The notes below the pieces were generated by a model. It was not told the DNA's origin. It did no database searches and saw only the letters and a list, made by a program, of their open reading frames with translations. 64,000 bases of DNA from the NCBI GenBank assembly GCA_964605705.1, contig CAZSDW010000010.1:28879-92878 (forward strand), read 5' to 3'. Positions 1-9,230 of the stretch are shown in pieces. Every line of letters starts with the position of its first letter. The first letter of the stretch is position 1. A program made the position numbers and the translations under genes. The stretch is from an uncultured bacterium. Lineage in GTDB: Bacteria; Fidelibacterota; UBA2242.

Positions 1-13
1 TTTACTATAAAAA

Positions 14-62
14 CCGATCGGTGTAATCAGAAGCAATGACAGAAAAACTGACCACCGATCGG
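14..62 (-). terminator. possible intrinsic terminator hairpin downstream of DUF4177 gene
   Basis: 10-bp inverted arms CCGATCGGTG (14-23) / CACCGATCGG (53-62), followed on the minus strand by TTTTT; the loop is long (29 nt), so it is atypical. Confidence 0.3.
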
Positions 63-112
63 ACATAAAAATATAGAATAATTTAAGGATTTTCAAGAAT
101 TGTCTGCCGTAA

Positions 113-313
113 TCACTTGGTATCCAACTCTCTCTTGAGGACACCAACAAAATCCATTTGACCGGTCACATCATTGAAATCAATATTGATAATTTCCCAG
201 CCTTCCTGACCCAACTGATTGAAGTATCTCTCAGTTTCAATGAACTTCTTGCCTCTGAATATTCCACCAGCCACATGAGTAGAATCAACAACCTTGTATT
301 CCCATTTCTTCAA
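113..313 (-). CDS. DUF4177-like small protein (66 aa)
   Basis: KKWEYKVV...FNQLGQEGWEII pattern; TTG start at 313 preceded by AAGGAGG RBS (321-327); the track ORF to 394 is an upstream extension. Confidence 0.7.
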   Translation of the reverse strand: MKKWEYKVVDSTHVAGGIFRGKKFIETERYFNQLGQEGWEIINIDFNDVTGQMDFVGVLKRELDTK

Positions 314-442
314 AGCAGCTCCTCCTTCACACTTTTTATATATAAATAAATTACACTTTTTTCCTGCATTATGAAATATTTCCGAATTGTCCATTATATG
401 CTAAATTTACCCTGATATACAATTTGAAATGGGATCCGGAAT

Positions 443-928
443 ATGGCAAAAATTAAAATCTTCACGGTCGGTGGCACCATCGATAAAATCTATTTCGATC
501 AAAAAAGTACTTACCAGGTTGGTGATCCCGAAATTGTCGGCGTCCTGCGGGAAGCCAACGTCGATATTGATATTGAAACCGAACTGATCATGCAAAAAGA
601 CAGTCTGGATATGACGGATGAAGACCGGCAACTGGTTCTATCAAAAATCACCGCTGACCCCAATGTCCTGATTATCATTACCCACGGGACTGACACAATG
701 ATCGAGACAGCCCAAACATTATCCATTATCAAAGATAAAACCATCGTGCTGACCGGCTCCATGCAGCCCGCTCGCTTCAAAAACAGTGACGCTGCTTTTA
801 ATATCGGTTGCGCAATCGCTGCCGTTCAAACCCTGCCGTCCGGTGTCTATATTACCATGAACGGAAAGATATTTGATCCGATGAAAAGCCGTAAAAATGT
901 CGCACTGAACCGATTCGAAGAAATTTAG
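443..928 (+). CDS. asparaginase N-terminal domain protein (short L-asparaginase)
   Basis: TVGGTIDK and HGTDTM catalytic motifs, TGSMQP; 161 aa. Confidence 0.85.
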   Translation: MAKIKIFTVGGTIDKIYFDQKSTYQVGDPEIVGVLREANVDIDIETELIMQKDSLDMTDEDRQLVLSKITADPNVLIIITHGTDTMIETAQTLSIIKDKTIVLTGSMQPARFKNSDAAFNIGCAIAAVQTLPSGVYITMNGKIFDPMKSRKNVALNRFEEI

Positions 929-933
929 GTCCT

Positions 934-2640
934 TCAGTCGACAAACAGCGGGATAAAATCGAAAACCGAAATATCCACCAAGCCCTTATCGGTCAGCTTA
1001 AGCTCCGGGATAACCGGTAATGATAAAAACGATAAAGTCATAAACGGATTTTCCAGTTTACAGCCTAACTGTTGCGCTGTCCGGTTCAGTTCGTCCATTT
1101 TTTCTCGGACACCCTGCAGTGGCAGTTCACTCATCAGACCGGCAATCGGTAATGCCAATGATTGCCGGACTTTTCCATTTACCACAATGACCTGTCCACC
1201 GTTCATTTTTTCAATTTCATGAACCGCAACCAGCATGTCTTCATCGTTGGTACCGACAACCAGAAGATTATGAGAATCATGGGCGACCGTCGATGCGATG
1301 GCGCCGGATTTGATTCCCATCCCTTGCACAAAACCCTTCCCGATATTCCCGGTGGCTCGATGACGCTCAATAACCACCATTTTAAGAATATCGCGACTGA
1401 CATCACTGACAGCGTTATTGCCAATAATTAGTGCTTCAACAACAAGTTTCTTTGTCAGTAGCTGATTTGGAACGATTTCGATAACATTCAGCTGTTTCCC
1501 TTCAGCCGGAACGGACAAGTCTTCAAGCGTAAGCTCTTTTAGTCTGACTGTCGGCGGTAAGCCTGATTTTTTGACTTCCATTTGGTTGACCATTTTGCCA
1601 TTCTCGGCTACCATTCGACCATTTTTATAGACCTTTTGAATGCTGAATTCATCGAAATTATCAAATAAAATGATATCGGCGTCATATCCGGGAGCAATAG
1701 CGCCTTTGTTCAGCAGACCAAAATGCCGGGCGGTGTTCAGTGATGCCATCTGCAGTGCCATCAATGGATCGATACCCGAGGCGATTGCCTGCCTGACCAT
1801 GGAATTGATATGCCCGTAATCCATTAAAAAATCAGGGTGTCGGTCATCGGTGACAAAGCCACAATTCCGCGAATTCAATGGATTGACCAGCGGCAACAGA
1901 TCCTTCAGATTGCGCGCGGCGGAACCTTCCCTGATCATCAAGAACATTCCCTTCTGCAATTTTTCACGGGCTTCCTCGATTGCAGTACTTTCATGATCAG
2001 AGCTAATTCCAGCCACAATATAAGCAGAGAGATCCTTATCCCGTACCAGCGGTGCATGACCATCGACCAGTTTTACGCCCGCGACAGAGATTTTTTCCAG
2101 TACCTGTTTATCCCGGAACAGCACACCCGGAAAATTCATCATCTCGCCAATCCCCAGAATTCGCGGATGATTGATCCATTTACGCATATCATCGGCTGAT
2201 ATAACTGCACCGGCTGTCTCAAGATGAGTAGCCGGAACACAGGAAGGAATCATAAAAAACACGTTGAGCGGTAAATCCGCAGTCGCATCAAGCATAAATT
2301 GCAGACCGGCTGTACCCATAACATTGGCGATTTCATGAGGGTCGGCAACCACTGTTGTGGTACCCATTGGCACAACCGCCCGGGCAAATTCACCGGGGCT
2401 CAACATGGAACTTTCCAGATGGACATGCCCATCTATCAATCCCGGAGCCACAAAACACCCCTTTGCGTCAACCGTCAGCACAGCATTATAATCACCAAAA
2501 CCAACAATCTTTGTATCGTGAATTGCAATGTCGGACTCGGTTATTTCAGCAGATAAAAGATTTACCAAACGGACATTTTTAATTAACAAGTCAACCGGGA
2601 TTTCACCCCTTGCCGCCGAAATGATCGATTGATTTATCAT
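934..2640 (-). CDS. ade: adenine deaminase
   Basis: DGHVHLES, DPHEIAN, GEMMN, DGHAP, SDHE, REGS, TDDRH motifs and C-terminal HDSHN domain; start 2640 fits RBS spacing (track start 2649). Confidence 0.93.
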   Translation of the reverse strand: MINQSIISAARGEIPVDLLIKNVRLVNLLSAEITESDIAIHDTKIVGFGDYNAVLTVDAKGCFVAPGLIDGHVHLESSMLSPGEFARAVVPMGTTTVVADPHEIANVMGTAGLQFMLDATADLPLNVFFMIPSCVPATHLETAGAVISADDMRKWINHPRILGIGEMMNFPGVLFRDKQVLEKISVAGVKLVDGHAPLVRDKDLSAYIVAGISSDHESTAIEEAREKLQKGMFLMIREGSAARNLKDLLPLVNPLNSRNCGFVTDDRHPDFLMDYGHINSMVRQAIASGIDPLMALQMASLNTARHFGLLNKGAIAPGYDADIILFDNFDEFSIQKVYKNGRMVAENGKMVNQMEVKKSGLPPTVRLKELTLEDLSVPAEGKQLNVIEIVPNQLLTKKLVVEALIIGNNAVSDVSRDILKMVVIERHRATGNIGKGFVQGMGIKSGAIASTVAHDSHNLLVVGTNDEDMLVAVHEIEKMNGGQVIVVNGKVRQSLALPIAGLMSELPLQGVREKMDELNRTAQQLGCKLENPFMTLSFLSLPVIPELKLTDKGLVDISVFDFIPLFVD

Positions 2641-2673
2641 AGTTTCCATCCTTTCATACGTGCTTTAGAAGAC

Positions 2674-2699
2674 AAAAAATACCCCCACGGGAGGTATTT
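2674..2699 (-). terminator. intrinsic terminator after AbrB-AbrB-Doc operon
   Basis: minus strand AAATACCTCC-CGT-GGGGGTATTT-TTT: 10-bp stem (one G-U pair) and U tract, 42 bp after the stop at 2741. Confidence 0.6.
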
Positions 2700-2740
2700 A
2701 TGAATCAATATTGGTGTTACGCAAGTTTGAATTTAGGGTA

Positions 2741-3139
2741 TCATCGACAATTATTTGAAAACCACAGAGAAATATCGGAATTTCCCTGTTTCATCGTATC
2801 TAAAAGCGCAATGAAATCAGACAGTGATTCGACATCGTATTCCAGGCGATAGTATCCCAGCGACCAGATCAGCATCAGCAGAGCGACAGACCGGTTTTTA
2901 CTGATAAACGGTTCACCGTCGATCATATAGTAAACAAACCAGCCAAGTTGCGAATACAGGTCTTTACGATTGGAAAGTCGCTCACCCAGAAAACAGGTCA
3001 ACGAGCCACCACCGGGAAGTTCGACCACATTTTCAAGCGCGCTTAAATCCCGGACTCCGGTTTCGTCGTTAAATTTTTTTGCAAGCATCCAGTTTACATA
3101 ACAGAGTATTTTTATTTCTTTTTTCTGATCGTCAGTCAT
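2741..3139 (-). CDS. death-on-curing (Fic/Doc)-like protein with degenerate active site
   Basis: GVRDLSALENVVELP resembles the Doc GVRDxGLLESAxxRP motif; Fic motif HPFxDGNKR reads EPFISKNRS; ATG 3139 with GGGAGG RBS overlaps the upstream stop. Confidence 0.65.
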   Translation of the reverse strand: MTDDQKKEIKILCYVNWMLAKKFNDETGVRDLSALENVVELPGGGSLTCFLGERLSNRKDLYSQLGWFVYYMIDGEPFISKNRSVALLMLIWSLGYYRLEYDVESLSDFIALLDTMKQGNSDISLWFSNNCR

Positions 3140-3374
3140 CGATACCTCCCAAAATATCGACATGCAATAACATCTGTTCTTCAATACTCCGCAGATGTTC
3201 AATGTTATAATCATCAGGCAAGCTGACTTTGATCGTCTTCAAAGTAACTTCCTTCCGGTCGGAATTGACGCCCAGTTCGACTTCGGTGCCAAAATCCCAT
3301 TGCATCGCTTTCGTTACTTCTCTGGGCAGCAAGACTCCCCGACTGGATCCGACTCTAATAATTTTCCGTTTCAT
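3132..3374 (-). CDS. AbrB/MazE/SpoVT-family DNA-binding protein (copy 2)
   Basis: KIIRVGSSRGVLLPREVTKAMQWDFGTEVEL swapped-hairpin pattern; ATG 3374 with GAGGT RBS. Confidence 0.8.
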   Translation of the reverse strand: MKRKIIRVGSSRGVLLPREVTKAMQWDFGTEVELGVNSDRKEVTLKTIKVSLPDDYNIEHLRSIEEQMLLHVDILGGIDD

Positions 3375-3381
3375 AATTACC

Positions 3382-3636
3382 TCAATCGCTTCCGGTCGCA
3401 ACCAGATCAATTTTCGTCAACACCTCATTGTAATCATCCAGAAAACTGTCAAAATCCTCAATGTAAGTCTGCACTTTCTTGACATCTTCCCGCGGATTCC
3501 GGAGGACAACTTTTTCATTTTCTTCATCAAGAATCAGATCAATTTCATCACCAAAATCCCAATCCATCGTTTTAATCACATCCTTTGGTAATAAGATACA
3601 CAAGCTTGCGCCAACCCGTACAATCTTCCTTCTCAT
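3382..3636 (-). CDS. AbrB/MazE/SpoVT-family DNA-binding protein (copy 1)
   Basis: KIVRVGASLCILLPKDVIKTMDWDFGDEIDL pattern; acidic C-terminal tail. Confidence 0.8.
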   Translation of the reverse strand: MRRKIVRVGASLCILLPKDVIKTMDWDFGDEIDLILDEENEKVVLRNPREDVKKVQTYIEDFDSFLDDYNEVLTKIDLVATGSD

Positions 3637-3655
3637 CGCTAAGTTCCTTTTTGTC

Positions 3656-3688
3656 TATAACAACAATATCAAACTAATTGTTATTATA
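3656..3688. promoter_or_regulatory. 12-bp inverted repeat, candidate autoregulatory operator of the AbrB operon
   Basis: TATAACAACAAT (3656-3667) -N9- ATTGTTATTATA (3677-3688), one mismatch; the right arm reads TATAAT on the minus strand; 20 bp upstream of the start. Confidence 0.5.
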
Positions 3689-3927
3689 ATAAAAATCAAG
3701 ACTTCTTTAAGAAAAACTAACAAAATGTTAATCTTTCATACCCAAATATATAAATCTTAGATTAATATATCCCGAATAAGACATTTTATATTATGCGCTT
3801 TAATCGATATAATTTCTGATGTTTTCCTTTTCCTTCTATTTTTGGAAATCCGAAAGACAAACTCTGATTCAATAATATCAAATATTTCCTGCCAATAGTC
3901 TATTATTAAATAGATAAAATATATGTA

Positions 3928-5256
3928 TTATTTCTTACTGGAATACCGATCGTGCCAGATTTTTTCAAGCCGTTCCCGGATAAATTTTTCAGTCCCAAAA
4001 TTCGTCGGTTGATAAAAATTCACTGGCGTCATATTATCAGGAAAATACATCTGATCAACAAAAGCATCGGGGAAATCATGGGGATATCGATAATCCTTCC
4101 CGTAATCCATTGCCTTCATCAAATTCGTCGGCGCATTCCTGAGATGAAAGGGTACGACCGGCAATTCACCATCTCTGACTTCAGCCTGAGCCTTCCGAAG
4201 CGACAAATAGGACGCATTGCTCTTGGGAGAAGCAGCCAGATAGGTTGTCACCTGGGCAAGCACAATGGCAGCTTCGGGCATTCCGATCGAATGCACCGCC
4301 TGGAATCCGGAAGTCGCTACCGACAGCGCCAGCGGACTGGCATTACCGATATCCTCACTGGCAAGAACAATCAGCCGCCGGGCAATAAAGAGCGGATCTT
4401 CCCCATTCTCAACCATCAGAGCCAACCAGTAAACCGCCGCATCGGGATCGCTGCCCCGGACACTTTTAATAAATGCCGAAATGACATCATAATGATAATC
4501 ACCCTTTTTATCATACAATAAATTCCGCTGTTGTAACGCCTCTTTGATCAGTTCGAGCGTCAGATGCACCTTTCCCGATCGATCGGATTTAATCAGCTGC
4601 AAACTGATATCGATGGCATTCAGTAATTTACGGGCATCTCCGCTGACAGTCCGAATCAGAAAAACACGGGCATCTTCATCAAGGATAATCTGTTCCTTCC
4701 GGAGGAGAATATCATTTTTAAAGGTATATTCCAGAATCGCCTCGAGTTCGGAATCACTTAAAGAATTCAGCTTCAATACCCGACACCTCGAGAGCAGTGG
4801 TGCGATGACTTCAAAGGACGGATTTTCCGTTGTCGCACCCATTAGAGTCAGCGAACCATTCTCAACTGCATGCAGCAAGGCGTCCTGCTGGGCTTTATTA
4901 AACCGGTGAATTTCGTCAATAAACAGGATCGTTTTAATTCCTTCCCGCCGGTTCAAGTCTGCCTGGTTAATCACATTTCGCACATCCTTCACACCTGCCG
5001 ATACCGCACTAATCTGGAAAAAACGAGCCTCGACCTGTTTCGCAATGATCTTCGCCAGCGTCGTTTTCCCGGAACCCGGCGGACCCCATAAAATCAACGA
5101 AAATATCTGTTTGGCTTCCAGCGCTTTCTGAAGAATTTTACCCTCAGCCGTCAGATGTTCCTGACCGACAAAGTCCTGAATTGTCACCGGTCGCATACGC
5201 TCTGCTAACGGTGGTAACAGAGACGATTTTTTCGCTGTATTCCCAAATAATTCCAT
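3928..5256 (-). CDS. rarA: replication-associated recombination protein A (AAA+ ATPase, MgsA)
   Basis: GPPGSGKTT, DEIHRFNKAQQD, ATTENPSF, SEDIGNA, VPFHLRNA motifs. Confidence 0.95.
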   Translation of the reverse strand: MELFGNTAKKSSLLPPLAERMRPVTIQDFVGQEHLTAEGKILQKALEAKQIFSLILWGPPGSGKTTLAKIIAKQVEARFFQISAVSAGVKDVRNVINQADLNRREGIKTILFIDEIHRFNKAQQDALLHAVENGSLTLMGATTENPSFEVIAPLLSRCRVLKLNSLSDSELEAILEYTFKNDILLRKEQIILDEDARVFLIRTVSGDARKLLNAIDISLQLIKSDRSGKVHLTLELIKEALQQRNLLYDKKGDYHYDVISAFIKSVRGSDPDAAVYWLALMVENGEDPLFIARRLIVLASEDIGNASPLALSVATSGFQAVHSIGMPEAAIVLAQVTTYLAASPKSNASYLSLRKAQAEVRDGELPVVPFHLRNAPTNLMKAMDYGKDYRYPHDFPDAFVDQMYFPDNMTPVNFYQPTNFGTEKFIRERLEKIWHDRYSSKK

Positions 5257-5260
5257 AATA

Positions 5261-6652
5261 TCAATTCAGATCAAAACTTTCCAGATATTCGGGAATAGCC
5301 GTTTCCCAGTTAAAGGTATTCCGAATCCGTTCGCCCAATGCTCTGGACTGGGATATCTCGCCATGGACAATAAAAATCTTCCGGGGCGCTTCATTGAAAC
5401 TGGACAGCCAGGCTAAAATCTCATTGTAATCCGCATGGGCGGAAAAACCGCTGATTTGTTCAATATGAGCTCTGACCGGAATTTGCTGTCCATGAATTTT
5501 TACCGTGTCAGCACCCTCCAAAATCGTCCGTCCCCGGGTTCCCTCCGCCTGATAGCCGATAAACAGAACCGTATTATTGGGATTTTCCAGACGATTGAAC
5601 AGGTGATGCAGAATACGACCACCGGTTACCATTCCGCTAGCGGAGATGATAATTGCCCTGCCGGCAATATTGTTGATTCCTTTGGATTGATCCGGTGTCT
5701 GGGTAAAACGCAGATCCACAGTTTTCAGGATATCGATCCCTTTCAGTTCAGCAACTTTCGATTCAAGGTCATGATCCTGGGCATTTTTCATAAATATGTT
5801 TGTGGCATTGATCGCCATCGGACTGTCCACAAAAACCGGCATGACCGGAATCCGCTTTTCTTCTTCCAACTCCCGGATTGAAAAAAGCAATTCCTGGGTT
5901 CTGCCTACGGCAAATGAGGGAACGACCAGGACACCACCACGCTTGTAGCTCTCATTGATAATCCGTGCCAGATCGGTTTTCTTGTCGGTCTGTCCGTGCA
6001 GGCGATCGCCATAGGTGGATTCAAGTACAAGATAATCCGTACCAAATACCGTGTGGGGATCACGCAGAATTGGTTGTCCGGGGCGTCCCAGATCACCGGA
6101 AAACAGAATCCGGCGCTCGCCATCTTCCGTAGTAATACGAATATCCACAAACGCCGATCCGAGAATATGACCGGCGTCCCGGTAGCACAGTGTGACATTG
6201 GGAGAGAGTTGCTCCACTTTGCCATAGGGCAGCGCCTGAAACAATTCCAACGAATTTTGGGCATCTGTGATATTGTACAGGGGCATTGCCGGTGCATGCT
6301 TGGTAAACTGCTTTTTATTCGCATATTTCGCATCTTCTTCCTGTAAATGGGCAGAATCCGGAAGCATTATTGCGCTGAGGTCCATGGTCGCCGGTGTAGC
6401 ATACACCGTCCCCTTAAAGCCCATCTGAACCAGTTTCGGAAGATAACCCGTATGATCAATGTGGGCATGGGTCAGTATCACAGTATCAATGGATGTCGGA
6501 TCCACCGGGAAATCCGCCCAGTTGCGTAAACGCAGCTGTTTTAAGCCCTGAAACATTCCGCAATCAATGAGTAACTTTTTACCATCGGTTTCCAGCAAGT
6601 ATTTGGAACCTGTCACCGTGCCTGTCGCACCCAGAAAAGTAATTTTCGCCAT
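5261..6652 (-). CDS. MBL-fold metallo-hydrolase with beta-CASP/RNA-specificity domain (YSH1-like nuclease)
   Basis: GATGTVTGS, THAHIDH, AGHILGS, SGDLG, ESTYG, FAVGR, FSAHAD, VHGE motifs; ATG 6652 with GGAG RBS. Confidence 0.9.
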   Translation of the reverse strand: MAKITFLGATGTVTGSKYLLETDGKKLLIDCGMFQGLKQLRLRNWADFPVDPTSIDTVILTHAHIDHTGYLPKLVQMGFKGTVYATPATMDLSAIMLPDSAHLQEEDAKYANKKQFTKHAPAMPLYNITDAQNSLELFQALPYGKVEQLSPNVTLCYRDAGHILGSAFVDIRITTEDGERRILFSGDLGRPGQPILRDPHTVFGTDYLVLESTYGDRLHGQTDKKTDLARIINESYKRGGVLVVPSFAVGRTQELLFSIRELEEEKRIPVMPVFVDSPMAINATNIFMKNAQDHDLESKVAELKGIDILKTVDLRFTQTPDQSKGINNIAGRAIIISASGMVTGGRILHHLFNRLENPNNTVLFIGYQAEGTRGRTILEGADTVKIHGQQIPVRAHIEQISGFSAHADYNEILAWLSSFNEAPRKIFIVHGEISQSRALGERIRNTFNWETAIPEYLESFDLN

Positions 6653-6750
6653 GGTATCTCCCAACTTTAACTACGTTTTAATCCATTGATGAATTTTTTA
6701 TTGTAATGTTTGGACAAATGGTAAATCAACGGCTTTTTTCACGAACGTTA

Positions 6751-6765
6751 TGACTAATATAGTCA
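6751..6765. promoter_or_regulatory. perfect palindrome TGACTA-N3-TAGTCA, candidate Rrf2/IscR-type operator
   Basis: 6-3-6 palindrome about 100 bp upstream of the MBL gene; matches the GACTRwwwYAGTC core; overlaps a TTGACT hexamer on the minus strand. Confidence 0.4.
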
Positions 6766-6902
6766 AGTTCCGTTTGATTGTCACATAGAAAATCGCATTC
6801 CATTCGCTAATTTTTTGTTCCCAGATATGACCTGTGATCGATCAACTTGGCGCAAAAATCTCCGTACTCTCTGTGTCTCTTCCGTAAACCTCTGGGTTAA
6901 TA

Positions 6903-6935
6903 TAAAACAACAACAGCCGCCCAACCGGACGGCTG
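6903..6935 (-). terminator. intrinsic terminator of V-type ATPase operon
   Basis: minus strand CAGCCGTCC-GGTT-GGGCGGCTG then TTGTTGTTTT, 26 bp after the subunit K stop. Confidence 0.75.
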
Positions 6936-6960
6936 CTCATCACACTATTTTCCTGAACCA

Positions 6961-7383
6961 TCACAGCATCAACAGCAGGAAGACCATCACAAAGAGCGCG
7001 ACGGTTTCCACGATACCGAGTACCATAAAGTAATTCGCGGTACCCTTGCCGGTCTCAGCCAAGGCATCCGCCGCACGAGCCGCCACTTTTCCCTGATACA
7101 GAGCCGACATGCCCATAGCCAATCCGCCAAAAATACCCGCCGCCATCAGCATTAAGGGATCCTTGTCGCTGCCACTGATAAACAGCATCAGCAGAAAGCC
7201 ATAAATGGTTTGGGTCAACGGTGCACCGGAAAAAGCCACCAGCATGAAGGGTGCCGGTTTATTATTGGCAAAGCATTTTTTCCAGCCACCCACTGCTGCC
7301 TGCGAGGCAATTCCGGCTCCTAAAGCCGATCCCACTGCTGCCAGCCCTAATGCGGCAGCCGGTCCAATCATTCCGATATTCAT
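6961..7383 (-). CDS. ntpK: V-type ATP synthase subunit K (rotor proteolipid, 4 TM)
   Basis: hydrophobic 140 aa; PLTQTIYG, YQGKVAA, GIVETVALF; last gene of the operon. Confidence 0.9.
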   Translation of the reverse strand: MNIGMIGPAAALGLAAVGSALGAGIASQAAVGGWKKCFANNKPAPFMLVAFSGAPLTQTIYGFLLMLFISGSDKDPLMLMAAGIFGGLAMGMSALYQGKVAARAADALAETGKGTANYFMVLGIVETVALFVMVFLLLML

Positions 7384-9230
7384 AGGTTTTCCCCTTCTGT
7401 TATATTTTTTTCTTTTTCTTTAAACGGTTGATAATTATAACCGGTCCATTCCATACCCAGCTGACCGGAAAATTCCAGTACATTCAAGCGGATACCGTGT
7501 ACGATCACTGACAGCGCACCCATGACGATATTCAACGTATGCCCGATTATCAGTACCAGAATTCCCGCCGGAAGGGCAAATCCTTTCAGCATTGGTGCCG
7601 CAATCTGGTTGAAACTCGACGCAATCGCCACTGTTGCCATGCCCACTGCGAAGAGCCGGATATAGGATATGATATTGGAAAACGAACTGATCGCGCTTAA
7701 AAAAGTCGTAAAAGCACCACCCAAGCCCAGCACGACACCTTTCATGAAACTGACCCCCTTGTCCTGACTCATGAACAGGATAATCACCAGCAGGCTGATA
7801 CCGATCAGCGGCGCTGTAAACGCTGGAATAGCCATGCCCAAAACCAGATTCAGAACAACCAGGAATAAGCCTGCCATCAGTGAGAACCAACCCAGGTTGG
7901 CGACACTTTTCAGCTGCGGCAGGTTACTGATGAAATTCATAATATTCGCCAGACCCAGCTGAGTAATCGCAATCACGAAACAGATCAGCATTACTTTCTG
8001 CTGCGGATCGACAGTCAGATCCGGGAATATTTCCGGAAAGGTTGCCAGCTGTGGAATCGTCAATGCTTTGAAAAACGGTAGCGCTGCAATTTGCACCGCG
8101 CCAAACCAGTTGCCGGTGATCGTACCCCAGGCAATGGTCGTCATACTCAACACATAAAACAGCTTGATCGCCAAGGCTAATGGCTTTCCGCTCTTGACGG
8201 TTTTATAATGAGCAAAACCACAGACCAGGAGAAAAATCAGTCCATACCCCGCATCACCAATGATCATTGCCACAAAAACCGAAAAGAACATCAAAAAGTA
8301 TTTACTGATATCATATTCCCGGTAACCGGGCACTGTCCCCAGAAAATCAAAAACCGGCTTGATAATCGACGTCCATTTGCTCATTTTGAGCAATGTCGGT
8401 GGATTATCTTCCAGTGTTGGTTCTTCGCTGAGAATTCCCCAGCCCTCCTTTTCGGATGCCGTCAGCAGTTGGTCAACCTTTTCCTGCGGACAATAACCCT
8501 GCAGGTAAACGATTTCCTCACTGCTCTGCATACCGGACTTCACCTGGGCGAATTCCAGGCGCTTTTCCAGCTCCAGTTTGTACCCGAAAATCTGTTCAGC
8601 AGACGCCGCCAGTTTCTGCAGCTGCCTGTCAATTTCCGCCAAGCGGTTTTTTAAATCTTTGACAGCGTCTGAAACAGTGGAATAAAATTCGGATGGCAGG
8701 AATTCTTCCTTAACATCCAGTTTTATTTCTTCGGATTCCGCAACCAGCGCGATCCGAAACTGGTTTTTATCATCATGAAGAATTTCAGCGAAACTGCCTT
8801 CCGGCAAATCGTCAAGACTTTTTTTATCAATCGTGTACAGGCGGATAAATATCCCTTTGGCTTGCAATGCTTCAATATCATCAGCGGCGACTTTGCCCCA
8901 ACGCTCAAACCAGGCAAGGGTATTATTCTTTTCTTCAATCTGGGTGTCAATTCGCTGCTTTTCTGCCGACAATTCTAAAATCTTACCAACACGTTTCCGG
9001 TTCTGCTCGATATCGATTTTCACCCCAGCCCCGGGCGCAATATTCCGATCGATAATGACCAATGCTTTTTCACCGGCGTTCAGATCACTTTCCAGCTGGG
9101 AAACATCTTCCGAAACCGGTGCTATCAAATGCTGAATATGGACAAGTCCCAGTTTGCGCAATTCCTGTAAAGCACTATCCTGGTGCCGGGCGCTGATAAA
9201 CAGGGTCATCTTTTGCATCGGAACGATCAT
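7380..9230 (-). CDS. ntpI: V-type ATP synthase subunit I
   Basis: MIVPMQK start, PGYREYD, GDAGYG, SYIRLFAVG, HGIRLNVLEF motifs. Confidence 0.92.
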   Translation of the reverse strand: MIVPMQKMTLFISARHQDSALQELRKLGLVHIQHLIAPVSEDVSQLESDLNAGEKALVIIDRNIAPGAGVKIDIEQNRKRVGKILELSAEKQRIDTQIEEKNNTLAWFERWGKVAADDIEALQAKGIFIRLYTIDKKSLDDLPEGSFAEILHDDKNQFRIALVAESEEIKLDVKEEFLPSEFYSTVSDAVKDLKNRLAEIDRQLQKLAASAEQIFGYKLELEKRLEFAQVKSGMQSSEEIVYLQGYCPQEKVDQLLTASEKEGWGILSEEPTLEDNPPTLLKMSKWTSIIKPVFDFLGTVPGYREYDISKYFLMFFSVFVAMIIGDAGYGLIFLLVCGFAHYKTVKSGKPLALAIKLFYVLSMTTIAWGTITGNWFGAVQIAALPFFKALTIPQLATFPEIFPDLTVDPQQKVMLICFVIAITQLGLANIMNFISNLPQLKSVANLGWFSLMAGLFLVVLNLVLGMAIPAFTAPLIGISLLVIILFMSQDKGVSFMKGVVLGLGGAFTTFLSAISSFSNIISYIRLFAVGMATVAIASSFNQIAAPMLKGFALPAGILVLIIGHTLNIVMGALSVIVHGIRLNVLEFSGQLGMEWTGYNYQPFKEKEKNITEGENL

